Source: Malacoraja senta (taxonomy: Eukaryota). Taken from it: a stretch of 64,000 bases of DNA. The notes under the pieces were generated by a model. That model was not told the origin of the DNA. It saw nothing but the letters and a program-made list of their open reading frames with translations, and searched no databases. Shown here in pieces: positions 12,746 to 25,145 of the stretch (positions within the stretch are counted from its first letter, which is position 1; the number at the start of each line of letters is the position of its first letter). A program made the translations under genes and the position numbers. Location: contig CM075991.1 of the NCBI GenBank assembly GCA_038087875.1, positions 13,084,001 through 13,148,000 of the forward strand, given 5' to 3'.

Positions 12746-14933
12746 CCAAAAATAACTAAAAATATATATTTTTTAACTTTAAATAATAACTTGCATAAAT
12801 TTACATAATATATTTCACAGCCTTAGGTTGGTCTGATGTCCTGACAATTAAGTATTTTAGAAATGCAATCAAAATTGCAATATAGAAATCTTGTATGCTT
12901 TAAAGGAATGATACAATCTTTGTTGATGAATGATTTGTAATAACATTAAATGCTCAGTTAAGAAACACAAGTACAGATGACAGAAAGGCACCATTGGATC
13001 TTAGGTATTAAGACCATATCTGACCTGGTTTATCTTGTTGATATTGTATTGAACAGTTTTTATTTTATCAGACAGAGTTAGTGCTAGATAGTGTAAAGTT
13101 GTAGTAAATTAAAAATACAACAAGCTACAGAATATTTAATTTAATTGTGGTACGGAATATTCAAATAAAAATATTATATCATCAATTTCCTTCTGGAATT
13201 ACTTCAAATAATGTCTTGATAAAACTTACAGCACAGAATTCCTTGCATTTTCTTCACCTGGTGAGCTCTGCTCTCATCCTATTTCCCTGCCCTTGCCCCT
13301 TACCTTTCGGTATTCTTTCATTTCAAATATTTATCCAGTTTTTGTTCAAATGATGTCAACCTCTGCTGCAATAGCATTTTATTATGAAACATTCTGTTCC
13401 TCTAGAGCAAATTCTACTAACTGTTTATTTATTGTTAACTCAGTCTCTGCCTTGTTGTTACTGATTCATCAGTCTGTGGAATTGCCTCAAAAATTATAAA
13501 ATCCCCTATTAAATAATCCCCAAAGTTTTATTTTAAGAGTTCTGACTTTTATGTTATCTTTATACTTACCACTAATATTTATATTCTCAATATTGTGTTT
13601 AGTTGGGGTTGTATTTTAATCTTAGTTAATCTTATTGATCAATAATATAATTGTATGTTAGAGAAAGAATGTTGCTGATACAAGTACGTAAAGTTTATGC
13701 TTTATTAAGATTCAATGAATGTAGGGTATTTGGGCCTTTGCTTGTATTATCAGTAGCAATGGGCAGGAAGGTTTAGGGGACTACGTGCCAAACTGAGGCA
13801 AATGAAATGAGCTGAATAATAAAACCTGATCAGCATGGATGAATTGGGCCGAAGTGCCTGTTTCCATGCTGAGTGTCTCTGACTTTATGATTCTGGCATT
13901 AGAAGTAAAAGTGCTGCTCACTTGATTGATTATGTGGACCTGTTTTAGGAACAGGGGTAATAAAGTTCCCATTGTTGAGGTACCGTGACTTTCTAGCATG
14001 TACCTCTAACAAGGTACTAGTAATAACATCACCCCACAATATAAAATAATCTAAAATCACACCCCTTTATAAATGATAGGAGATTGTAAAAAAACGTATT
14101 TTCAGTCTACACCACATATATCCTCTTGTTTGGTGTTGACAAGGTGTTATTTCTCTTCCTGTTGAAGGTAGCCTCCATTTCTGTGCATTGCTTCAGCATT
14201 GCCATTAATACCAGAACAAGTTAAGATTGCACTTGGATTGCAAATGCAGTAAAGATAAGGTTGGTTATTGGTTACTGTGTTAGTTATATTTTCTCGGTCT
14301 GAAGAATGAATGAAATGTTTTTTATACAATGGTCATTTCTAATCATTGTATCAAAATATTAATTAAATGTCTGATTTTAATAACGTCATTTTTAGTTTGA
14401 TAGCATTGTCTTTATGCTTGAGAATTTTAAGAAACACAGAAAACATTTAACTGAGAATCCCAGACAGAAACTGGACTGTGTAATTAAGACATAATATTTG
14501 ACCATTATGTGTTTGAGAAGTACTTGAATGGCAAGGACTTGTTTCAGTTCTGACTGTGTTACACGGGGATTTACTGAGCCTGAGCCTGCATACATTCAGC
14601 CTCCTGACATGGCACCTGTACATAGGGACCACCTGTCTCAAATGATTAACCCATATGGTTGGTGAAAAGTGGCATGGAGAATGCCTCTCTGTTTGCAATA
14701 AGCCAACTTGAACACAAATGAATTCTATTTTTACATCTAGCATCATCTGTGTTCGGTCCACAAGGAATTGGATGAGATATGTTTTATTAGCATTGATACA
14801 GACTCCACAAAGAGTATTTAAGCTGAGGCTGCCTAAAATAAGCAAGACAACTAAACCACCTATAGCAAACAGGCCTTGCTTTTGCATGAACTCACTGATT
14901 CGATCAGGTTTGAAGTAAAGTTTGTGAACTTAC

Positions 14934-15200
14934 CCGTCAGGCTTCCCATATGTCACTGCCTGTGAATGAAGCCAGTTCCTTGAGAAGTTGGCCAGTGTTG
15001 CTATCCACAGGGGGGGCGTGGGTGGGGTGGTGGGGGTGGCCTGAGTTAGGACACGAGAGCTTTTTATTCTGCCATATTTTCCAACAAACTCTATTTTCTT
15101 CAAAGTCTCTGCTCAAGTTGACACATGCTCACTTCCTTCCGCAAGTTCAACGTTTGACAGAAAATGAGTGAAGTGGGAGGATCCACAGTAACCAATAAAG
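14934..15200 (-). promoter_or_regulatory. Candidate PSD4 non-coding first exon and promoter
   Basis: Strong donor CGG|gtaagt at 14934; nearby CCCACCC boxes and tandem ETS-like GGAAGGAAGTG (about 15130-15142). The 5' boundary is unknown. Confidence 0.45.
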
Positions 15201-18200
15201 ATAAAGGAAAGTTTAAATGATTTATTTCTGCTGCTGAACAACTACCAGGAAGGGGAGATTCAAAGGGAAATTTGAACGGGTGAAATGCTTTGTTATGTGT
15301 TGTCCTTCAATCTATGATCCAGAGCATGTACATTCTCCTAAACAATTCTGCGGCTCCCCCATTTAAAAATGGTTCGTACCAGCAATGACAATCTAAGAGG
15401 CTTCCGTTGTCCTGATATGATCAAATGCCCTTGCATGCAAGACATAGGAGAGTGAATGTAACTCTGACAACCCAACACCTGCTGCCGTGGAACATTACAC
15501 TACTTCAAACAAAATGTATTTAAATGAATCAGCACCCTCATCATTTGCCTTGAGCTGACATGTCAACTCAGCATTTAACTCTTTCAAACCTAGTGCCAAA
15601 TATTGTGCGAAATAGTTCATCTTGTTACAGTTTTGCAGATATTTAAATATGTAAGAATCGTAATTTTTGGGTGCAATTCTGAATGGATGATTGTTGCAAA
15701 TGGTAGGTCCTGTGGTCGTACTTTATTTTAAATTTAGCCAGTAAAAATGTGAAATACAAACTTAGGAATTGCATCAGTACTTGAAAAGAGAAATGAAAAT
15801 TAATATTTTAGGGTTGGATTCTTTGTTGGAACTTCAGTTTTCACATAATTGAATCGATGACCATGCTATGGAAATTTCCTATTGTAATTTCTAGCTCCTA
15901 TTAACTCCTTAAAATCTGCCACTTTCACTTAGCATGGACCCAGTCCACATTACTATCATCGGAACCTTGGAACAGCACAGTACAGAAACAGGCCCTTCGG
16001 CTGATACTGTCTGTGCCAGACATGATGCCAAGTTAACCTAATCTCCTCTGCCTGCACATGGTTCATATCCCTCATACCCTGCATATCCAAAGCCTCCTAA
16101 ATGCTACTTTCATTATCAACCTCCTCTGACAGCACATTCCCATGCACCCACCATTCTCTGTGTAAAAAAACAACATCTCCTTTAAATGTCACCTTACAGC
16201 TATGCCCCCTATTCTTTGACACTTCCACCATGGGAAGAACGTTCATGCCACTCATCATTTTATAAACTTATATTACGCCTCCTGTCAGCCTCCGATGCTC
16301 TAGAAAAAATATTCCAAATTTGTGCACTCTCTTTAGAGTTCACCCTCTCTAATCCAAGAAACATTCTGTAAAGCTCCTCTGCGCCCTCTCCAAAGCCTCC
16401 ACATCGTTCCTGTAATGGGGAAACCAGAACTACACACAATACTCCATATACAACCTGACCAATGTCCTAGAAAGCTGCAAAATGACTTCCCAACTCAATT
16501 CCCTTACCTATGAACATATGACAGAGAAGGAGATAGAGCGTTACGCCAATAGATTTAGTTGAAGAAAGATAGGAATATCTTTGAGGGAAGGAACTGCAGA
16601 TGCTGGTTTATATTGAAACTAGAAACAAAATGCTGGAGTAACTCAGCGAGACAGGCAGCATCTCTGGAGAGAAGGGATGGGTGAGGCTTGACCTGAAACG
16701 TCACCCATTCCTTTTCTCCAGAGATGCTGCCTGTCACGCTGAGTTACTCCAGCATTTTGTGTCTATCTTAGGATCTTTGAGTGGGGAGACTGTTTCTGCC
16801 ACATATGCTGTGAGTAGTGGGCTGTGCAGTGAGTTGGGCGACTATTGATTAGTTGGGGAATGATGGTGAGTGTTGTCCAGTCCTGGTAACCAATGCCATT
16901 TGTGAGGAGTTTTCAGTGGGTATGGCTCCAGTCCAATTTAAAACTTTCCCTTCTCGCCCTAAACCTATGCCCTCTAGTTTTCAGTTCCATACCAGCAGGT
17001 TCAAGAGCAGCTACTTTACACAATTATCAGATTCTTGAACCAACCTGCATAAGTGTAATCCTACCTGGACAATGGAATACTATTGACCACAGTTTAAGCT
17101 GAGAGAGGAAAGATTTAGTAGGGGCCAGAGGGGTAGAGTGTATATGGAATGATCTGCTAAAGAAGGTAGTTGAGGCAGTTACAATAATAACATTTATAAA
17201 ACACTTGGACAGGTACATGGGGAGGGAAGGTTTAGAGGGATATGGGTACAGGATAACTAGCTTAGATGGGGCATTTTGGTCAGCATGGACGAGTTGGGCT
17301 GAAGGGCCTGTTTCTGTGCTGTATGACACTATGTACTACCATGGACATGTATGCTGTTGCACTACTAACATGATATTTTTTGTGGTAGTCCTTATTTTTT
17401 TTTACTGTCATGCAGAATTTGAACGTGTGCTTTATACATAATTTATGTTCTCGTATGTTTGCCTGAATCTATGTTGCTGTGATGCTGCTGCAAGCAAGAT
17501 TTTCATTGTACCTGTATCTCAGTGTACGTGCATGTGGCTAGGGATCTGACTCTTTATTCTGGGCCCTGGCTAATGAAAGCAAGTATCCAATATGCTTTCT
17601 TTACCGTCTTATTTAGATCTGCTGCCACCTTCAGGAATTCTCTGATTTGTACATCATTGTCCACAATTATACAAATGACAAATATAGACACAAGAGTGCT
17701 GGAGCATCTCAGCGGATCAGACAGCATCTCTGGAGAACAAGGATAGGTGACATTTCACAGAGTGCTGGAGCATCTCAGCGGATCAGGCAGCATCTCTGGA
17801 GAACAAGGATAGGTGACGTTTCACAGAGTGCTGGAGTAACTCAGCGGGTCAGGCAACATCTCTGGAGAAAAAGGATGAGTGATGTTTCGAGTCGGGACCC
17901 TTCGTCAGCCGTGTCTGACCCAAAACATCACCCATCCATTTTCTCCAGAGTTGCTGCCGCAACTCCGCTGAGTTACTCCAGCACTTTGTGTCTATCTTTG
18001 GTATAAACCAGCATCTGCAGTTCCTTGTTTCTATAAAAAAGACAATCCCCACTGACAGTCATATAAACTCCAGCCCCCACCCTAATTATTAAAACTTCAA
18101 TTTTTTATGCACCACTCACCCCCAACTAACTGATCGCAATAACGTTCTTATGTCAAATGACTCAAACCCAGTGGCCCCTGGCGCCATCCACAGCAAATCA

Positions 18201-21200
18201 CATTGGCAAGCCTTCACTGCCAACGGCTCAGCCTCCGGCCCCCACCAGCAATGACACAAATCAACCCTCCCTCACGATTCAGAAACCACAACCGCACGCA
18301 CAACTATCCAACCCACACCCCACAGTACAAAGGACACCTCAATAATCCAAATGTTATTAGGGGATACAAAATTAAGATTGGGGTAGATAAGGGAAAAAGT
18401 AGGAATATAGAGTGAGAACCCCTTTTTTGGTCTGTCTAAAACAAGGCTTAGGTATAACATGAGAGGCAGGAGGTTTAGAGAGGACCTGAGAGGGATTTAT
18501 GTTCACCCATATAGTGGTTGGAGTCTTGAATACATTGCCCAGTGCGGTGATGGAGATAGTCTCATAACATGTAAGAAGCATCTGGAAAATCAAGAACTGG
18601 AGTCGGTGAGAGGGAAAGATTTAGTAGGAACCTGAAGTGCAATTTTTCCACACAGTGGGTGGTGTTTATGTGCAACAAGCTGCCAGATGGAGGATTTGAG
18701 ACAGGTATAAGAACAACATTTGAAAGACACTTGAACAGGTTATGGATTGGAATGATTTAGAGATAAGGGTGAAACATGGGCAAATGAGACCAGCTTAGAT
18801 GGTGCATCTTGGTCAGCATGGACAAGGGCTGAAAGGCCTGTTTCTATGTAGTATGGCTCTATGACACTAAGGTATAGAAAGCTATGGAGCAAATGCAGGT
18901 AAATGGGAGTTGTATAGATAAGTATAATGATGGGTGGAAGAGCTGTTTCTGTGACTGCCTCTTGCCCCCCAGTGACCACAGTTCAGGAACCACCTCACAA
19001 CGTTACAAACTTGAGGCATCCACCAAACCTGAGCCTCTCACTCAACGATTGAAACTTAAGACCTCACCCCCAATAAACAACTTTAACCCACCTACCCCAA
19101 CTAAACAAAAGTTAATCTCCACTAACAGTCTCAAAATGTAAACCCCACCATCATGATTTACACTTCAACCGAGAGAGGAGAACTTCTTCATAAGAGAAAT
19201 GAGAGATCGTCCTCTCTCCGACAAGAGTCTGAGAGTGAGATTCCCCTCTTATCCTTCAGCAAGTACAGACCCAGAGCCATCAAACATTCCTCATACGTTA
19301 AACCAATCATCCCCAGGACCATTGTCGTAAACTTCCTCTGGTCCCTCTCCAACGGCAGCACGTCCTTCCTCAGATATTAGACCCAAAACTGCTCACAATT
19401 ATCCAAATGTGGCCTGACCAATTCCCTATAAAGCCTCAGCATTACATCCTTGCTTTTATATTACTTTTATATAACAGCAGGGGTCAAGGAAAGAGTGTTC
19501 ACGTTGCAGCCGTTTCCACCAATCTTTCCATCACTACGCACAAGTACAAGAAGCTCAAGACGCCATTGTCTGCAGATGCCGAGAAGTGTGTTCAGCTCTG
19601 GCTGAACAATTTCAAATCTTATGATGTGGACTCGATACGAAGAAGATATAGCAGCATTTCATATTTCACTTGGGCAGCTTACAGCCCAGTGGTATGAATA
19701 TTGAAGGTACACACAAGATGCTAGAGTAACTCAGTGGATGAGGCAGCATCTCTGGAGAGAAGGAATGGGCAATGTTTTGAGTCGAGACCCTTCTTCAGAC
19801 TGAATATTGATATGAATATTGATTTCTCTCATTTCAGGTAGCCCCGGCATTCCTTCTCTCTCTATGCCTCCCCCACCCAAGTCACACTAGCGTCTCATTT
19901 TTACCCAACAAACAGCTAACAATGGCCTGTTTCCTTTATCATTGTTACTTTTTTGCATATCTTTCATTCATTGTTCTTTATATCTCCACATCACCATCTA
20001 TATCTCTCGTTTCCCTTATCTCTAACCAGTTTGAAGAAGGGTCTCGACCCGACCCGCATTTCTACACATGTAGATATGAGTTCTTATTTCTGCACACCAG
20101 TAGACTGGCCACCTATTCAGTGATAAATGTAATATTTCTGCTGTGGAGCGGACAAAATGTGTAGGAAAGAACTGCAGATGCTGATTAATACTGAAGATAT
20201 ACACAAAATGCTGGAGTAACTCAGCAGGTCAGCCAGTATCTCTGGAGAAAAGGAATAGATGACTTTTCGGTTTGAAATCCTTTTTCTTTCTGCTGTTGTG
20301 TTACACATTTGTACACTTCTTAAATAACAGAGCAAATGTGAGTTTGCTTTGTTGGAATTAATTAAAGTTTCCCAAGCATCAGAGAAGGCAATAATTGAAA
20401 GTAATGTTGAGGTAGGTATAAGCCACAGATGATAAATCCAGACATAACTTCATTTGCGTAGAAATTGCTTCACGGTATTTTTCCCTCTGTTTTACGTGAT
20501 TGAAAATCGATATACTTCTAACTAACTATTCTATGTGCCCTAGTTATCACCCTACCAAGGAAAACATGTCCTTCCTTTCCACCCTCTCATAATTACTGTA
20601 ACGTCAGACAAGGCAGTCTCTCATCATAACTGTAACATACATTGTATTTGCATTCATTCCAGTGTCAAATCATGTCAGTTGAGAAACTCCAGCAGGCACG
20701 TCCTGCCATGAGTCACCCATGCGATTCCAACGTGGCTCCTTGTGGAGGCTGCAGCTGATGATGACACTTCCTGGGCAAGACTCACTTGGAACATTTCAGC
20801 AGAGTTGAGACCATGTTATCATGGGATGCCTGGTGTGGGCACAACCAGGACAAAATGTAGTGCTGGAAGAACTCAGCAGTTCAGGTGATGAGAAAGTGGG
20901 TTGCAGCAAATATAAGCAAGGAGAATACAACGATCTGCCCCAAACTACTCTCCAGCAGAGTGCAGCAGTGAAATCATTGAGTAATAAATAAATAACGTGA
21001 GATAAATACAAAGAATTTATTAATGAACAAATCAGTATTCATCACAGAAATGTCCCCCTCCTACCCCCACCATCCATCAGGCATTGTTATACTTTAATCC
21101 CATTTCCTTTTGGTGTTATATTCTCTGCCACGGCTAATGAAGGCAAATATCCCACACATGTTCTTTACCATCTTAACAACCTCTGCTGCCACCTTCAGGA

Positions 21201-21349
21201 ATCCTTAAATCAGTGTCCTTTTGTTTCACCATGTTCCCAAGACCCTAACATTCACCCTTATTAGTCCTCCGAAATGCATCACCTTACACTTACCAGGATT
21301 AAATTCCACTTGCCATTGCACTGCTCATTTTATCAATCAATCATTCTTT

Positions 21350-21392
21350 AACCTAGCTGAAGAAGGGTCTCGACCCGAAACGTCACCTATTC
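21350..21392 (+). ncRNA. Minimal hammerhead ribozyme-like motif in a Penelope-derived repeat
   Basis: CTGAAGA-A-GGGTC(TC)GACCC-GAAA-CG-TC; similar motifs at 26672-26700(-), 37586-37613(+), 17881-17908(-), 24318-24345(+). Confidence 0.6.
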
Positions 21393-22805
21393 CTTCTACG
21401 GAGTTACTCCAGCAATTTGTGTCTACCATTCTTTAACCCACGACTACCCTCCTCATTGTCAGCAGCATCAACAATCTTCATGCCATTTACAAAGTTATTA
21501 ATTATAACTCCTACATTTACATCCAAGATTAATGTACATAACAAACTATTAAGGTCCAAACACCACTCCCTGTGGTGATCCAAAATTCACAAAAATAATC
21601 CTACACCATCACTCTCTGCCTCCTTTTCTCAAAACTACAGTATTCTCTACCTTACCTCCCATAACAGCCTGTAATATATCTCATTAAATGCTGGGATTTA
21701 TTCACATTTAAACTTGCTAAAACATCAATTGTAAACCTCCTCCTTTTTGATGGGAATTGATTGTAACATTTCACTAACTCTAAATCCTCCAGCCACAATG
21801 ACCTTCTCCTTAGTGAATAAAAACCAGCAAGTATTTAATTAAGCCTGTGTTCTCTGGCTTCTTTGTGAGTCTCTAATGGCTCTGTACTTTTCCTGGTTAC
21901 TCTCTTGCCCTTAATATACATAAAATGTTTTGGAATTTTCCTTATCATAACCACCAATACTCTTTTGTGCAGCCCTCGTTGTCCTTATTTGTACTATTTT
22001 TCTGTTATACACCTGCACATTCTACATTGCTGGAAGGCACCTCCAGTTATAAACTTTCTAAACATGACATAAGCCACCATTTATTAAAATCCAATCCTCG
22101 ATATCTCTTGATATCCTGGGTTCTGACCCCTCACTATTTCATTTTTGATTGAATATGAGAGGATGCGGAATTGGACTCTGCTCAAACCTTCTCACTTCTC
22201 AGCACATTGTCCTCCCCCATCCCTCCCCTAAAACCTAATCACTATTCCACATAATATCAATCCCGTTCATTATTTTTACATATACAGCAATTGTAGGAAG
22301 AATTGACATTGCAATTGAAACCCTTTTATGAAAGAGTATCGGCGTGACACATGAGCAGTTTCCATCTTCATGCAAATTCCATTGGCACGACCATTAACCA
22401 ATTCCATTTCAGCAGTTACATCAGGGTTTTTTGTTGGGCTAGACATTGGAAATAAGATCAAGGTCACGTTGAAACTGTATTAATTGTTCATTGGGCCACA
22501 ATTAGTTTCTGTCGTCCTACTCACAACACTACAGGAAGGGTGTGATAGTTCCAGAGAGAAAGCAGAGATTTATGAGGAGGATAATGAAGGATGCGAGACT
22601 TACAGTTATGATGAGAGACTGTCTTCTCTGACGTTACTGTAATTATGAGGGTGGACAGGAAGGACATGTTTTCCTTCGTAGGGTGATAACTAGGGCACAT
22701 AGAATTATTAGTTAGAAGGAAGAAATAGTTTTTACTGAACAAATCAGGGCGGGGTTGAAAACTGACTGCTTGAAAGAGTTGTGGAGGCAGAAACTAATAA
22801 ATGTA

Positions 22806-22962
22806 CAGTGCCCTCCATAATGTTTGGGACAAATACCCATCATTTATTTATTTGTCTCTGTACTCCACAATTTGAGATTTGTAATTTAAAAAATGACATG
22901 TGGTTAAAGTGCACATTGTCAGATTTTATTAAAGGGTATTTTTATACATTTTGGTTTCACCA
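22806..22962. mobile_element. Solo terminal fragment of the same Tc1 family, abutting the Penelope copy
   Basis: TA+CAGTGCCCTCCATAATGTTTGGGACA... matches the termini of 48789-50347. Confidence 0.85.
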
Positions 22963-22964
22963 TT

Positions 22965-24450
22965 ACATTTACCGACATTTACTACAATGCTACTGACTCC
23001 CGTAGCTATCTTGACTACACTTCTTCCCACCCTGCTTCATGTAAAGACACTATCCCCTGCTCCCAATTTCTCCGTCTATGCCGCATCTGCACCCAGGATG
23101 AGGTGTTCCAAACCAGGGCATCGGCGATGTCCTCATTCTTTAGGAAACGGCGGTTCCCCTCTTCCATTATAGATGAGGCTCTCACCATGGTCTCCTCAAT
23201 ATCCCACAGCTTCGCTCCTACTCCCCCTCTCCCCATTCGCAACAAGGACAGTCCCCCTTGTCCTCACCTTCCACCCCATCAGCCGTCGCATACAACATAT
23301 AATCCTCCAACATTTTCACCACCTCCAACAGGATCCCACTACTGGCCACATCTTCCCATCTCCACCCCTTTCTGCTTTCCAGAGACCGTTCCCTCCAAAA
23401 CTCCCTGGTCAACTCATCCCTTCCGACTCAAACCACCCCCTCCACAGGTACTTTCCACTGCAACCGCAGGAGATGCAACACCTGTCCCTTTAAAACCCCC
23501 CTCAACTCCATCCAAGGACCCAGTCTTTCCAGGTGAGGCAGTGGTTCACTTGCACCTCCTCCAACCTCATCTACTGTATCCGCTGTTCCAGGTGTCAACT
23601 TCTATACTTCGTCGAGACCAAGCGCAGGCTCGGCGATCGTTTCACTGAACACCTCCGCTCAGTCCGTCATAACCTACCTGATCTCCCGGTGGCTGAGCAC
23701 TTCAACTCCCACTCCCATTCTCAATCTGACCTTTCTGTCCTGGGCCTCCTCCATTTTCAGAATGAGGCCCAGCGCAAATTGGAGGAACAGCACCTCGTAT
23801 TTCGCTTGGGTAGTTTACACCCCGGCGGTATGAACATTGACTTCTCTAACTTCAGATAGCCCTTGCTTTCTCTCTCCATCCCCTTCCCCTTCCCAGTTCT
23901 CCCACTAGTCTTAAGGGCCTGTCCCACTTTCCCGAGTTATTCACAAATTCTCCCTAGTTTTCCCCTTGATTCAAACTCGCAGAATGTTCGTAACGGGTCT
24001 TTAGGAGTCCGTAGATATGTCGTAGCGGCTCGTTATGCCAGCCGTAGGCACTCGGGGCATCAGGTAAGTCGGGACGTTTTTTCCAGCTTGATAAAAAATG
24101 TCCACGAGTAAACAAATAGTCGGGAGGATGCCCCGAGTACCTACGGCTGGCATAACGAGCCACTACGATATATCTACGGACTCCTACGGACTCGCTACGA
24201 ACATTCTGCGAGTATGAATCAAGGGGAAAACTCAGGAGAATTTGTGAAAGTGGGATAGGCCCTTTACTGTCTCCGACTACATTCTATCCTTGTCCCGCCC
24301 CCTCCCCTGACATCAGTCTGAAGAATGGTCTCGACCCGAAACATCGCCCATTGCTTCTCTCCAGAGATGCTGCCTGTCCCGCTGAGTTACTCCAGCATTT
24401 TGTATCTACCTTTGACTTAAACCAGCACCTGCAGTTCTTTCTTACACACT
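22965..24450 (+). mobile_element. 5'-truncated Penelope-like element (RT thumb, GIY-YIG, 3' tail) interrupted by a MITE
   Basis: NLIYCIRCSRCQLLYFVETKRRLGDRF...EEQHLVFRLG; colinear with the 36.6-37.7 kb copy; frameshifted. Confidence 0.9.
23914..24263. mobile_element. PIF/Harbinger-type palindromic MITE
   Basis: Termini AGGGCCTGTCCCACTTTC / GAAAGTGGGATAGGCCCT, long internal inverted arms, TTA duplicated on both flanks (23911-23913, 24264-24266). Confidence 0.88.
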
Positions 24451-25145
24451 AGCCATTTCTACTATAAGTGATGCAGTGATCTGTTTGTCATTCTGGCTCA
24501 GTCTTTCTCGCTCCACTAGTACAGGCCGATTTGTTGGGCATGTCCTACATTTCACATCTTTTATGATTGCCCTAATTTCTTTACTTTAGTTCACTTTCTC
24601 TATCTAACTGCCTCCACTAACCCAGTCATTGAATGACTTCTACAATGTATCCTCATGGCAATCCCGGCCTCTTTCGTAGATTTTTCTCATCATTCTCTCC
24701 ATCCTTTCTTTATCTGCACCTTATTCCCTATCTTTCCCAGTTTGAGCCAAGAATCTTTGACCCGAAATATTGACTCTGTTTCTCTTCCCACAGATGATGC
24801 CTGATCTGCTGCTGAATGTTTCTAGAACGTTCTGGTGGTGTCACTCATGTCTCCATTTTTCCTCCTCTTGCCCACAGGTGGCTCCAATCCCACATTGTGC
24901 AATCCCCTGCCAGTCGCAGAAACCCAGATTGTCAAAGAAAAAGCAGGCATGCATTTTTGCAATAATCTTGCATAACTACAGAATCTCTGCAAATACTTTA
25001 TAATAAAGTAAGTAGTTCCTGAATGTATGCCCATAATTTACTGTTGAAATGTAGCAATCAATTTGTGCACATGAAGCTTTTCACAAACAGCAGTTAATCA
25101 AGTGTTCTACCAATCGTTTTATGATGCTGATTGAAGGACATACTT

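Noticed and set aside
15230..15290. FESPLPG on the minus strand resembling the IL-1 signature
   Set aside because: Spacing is wrong, no Trp, no exon context.
18050..19160. C/A-rich, G-poor stretches suggesting a NUMT
   Set aside because: No recognisable mitochondrial protein, tRNA or rRNA on translation by eye.
19407..19697. 96-aa plus-strand ORF
   Set aside because: Spans junctions of CR1, another short repeat-like segment and a Penelope 3' fragment.
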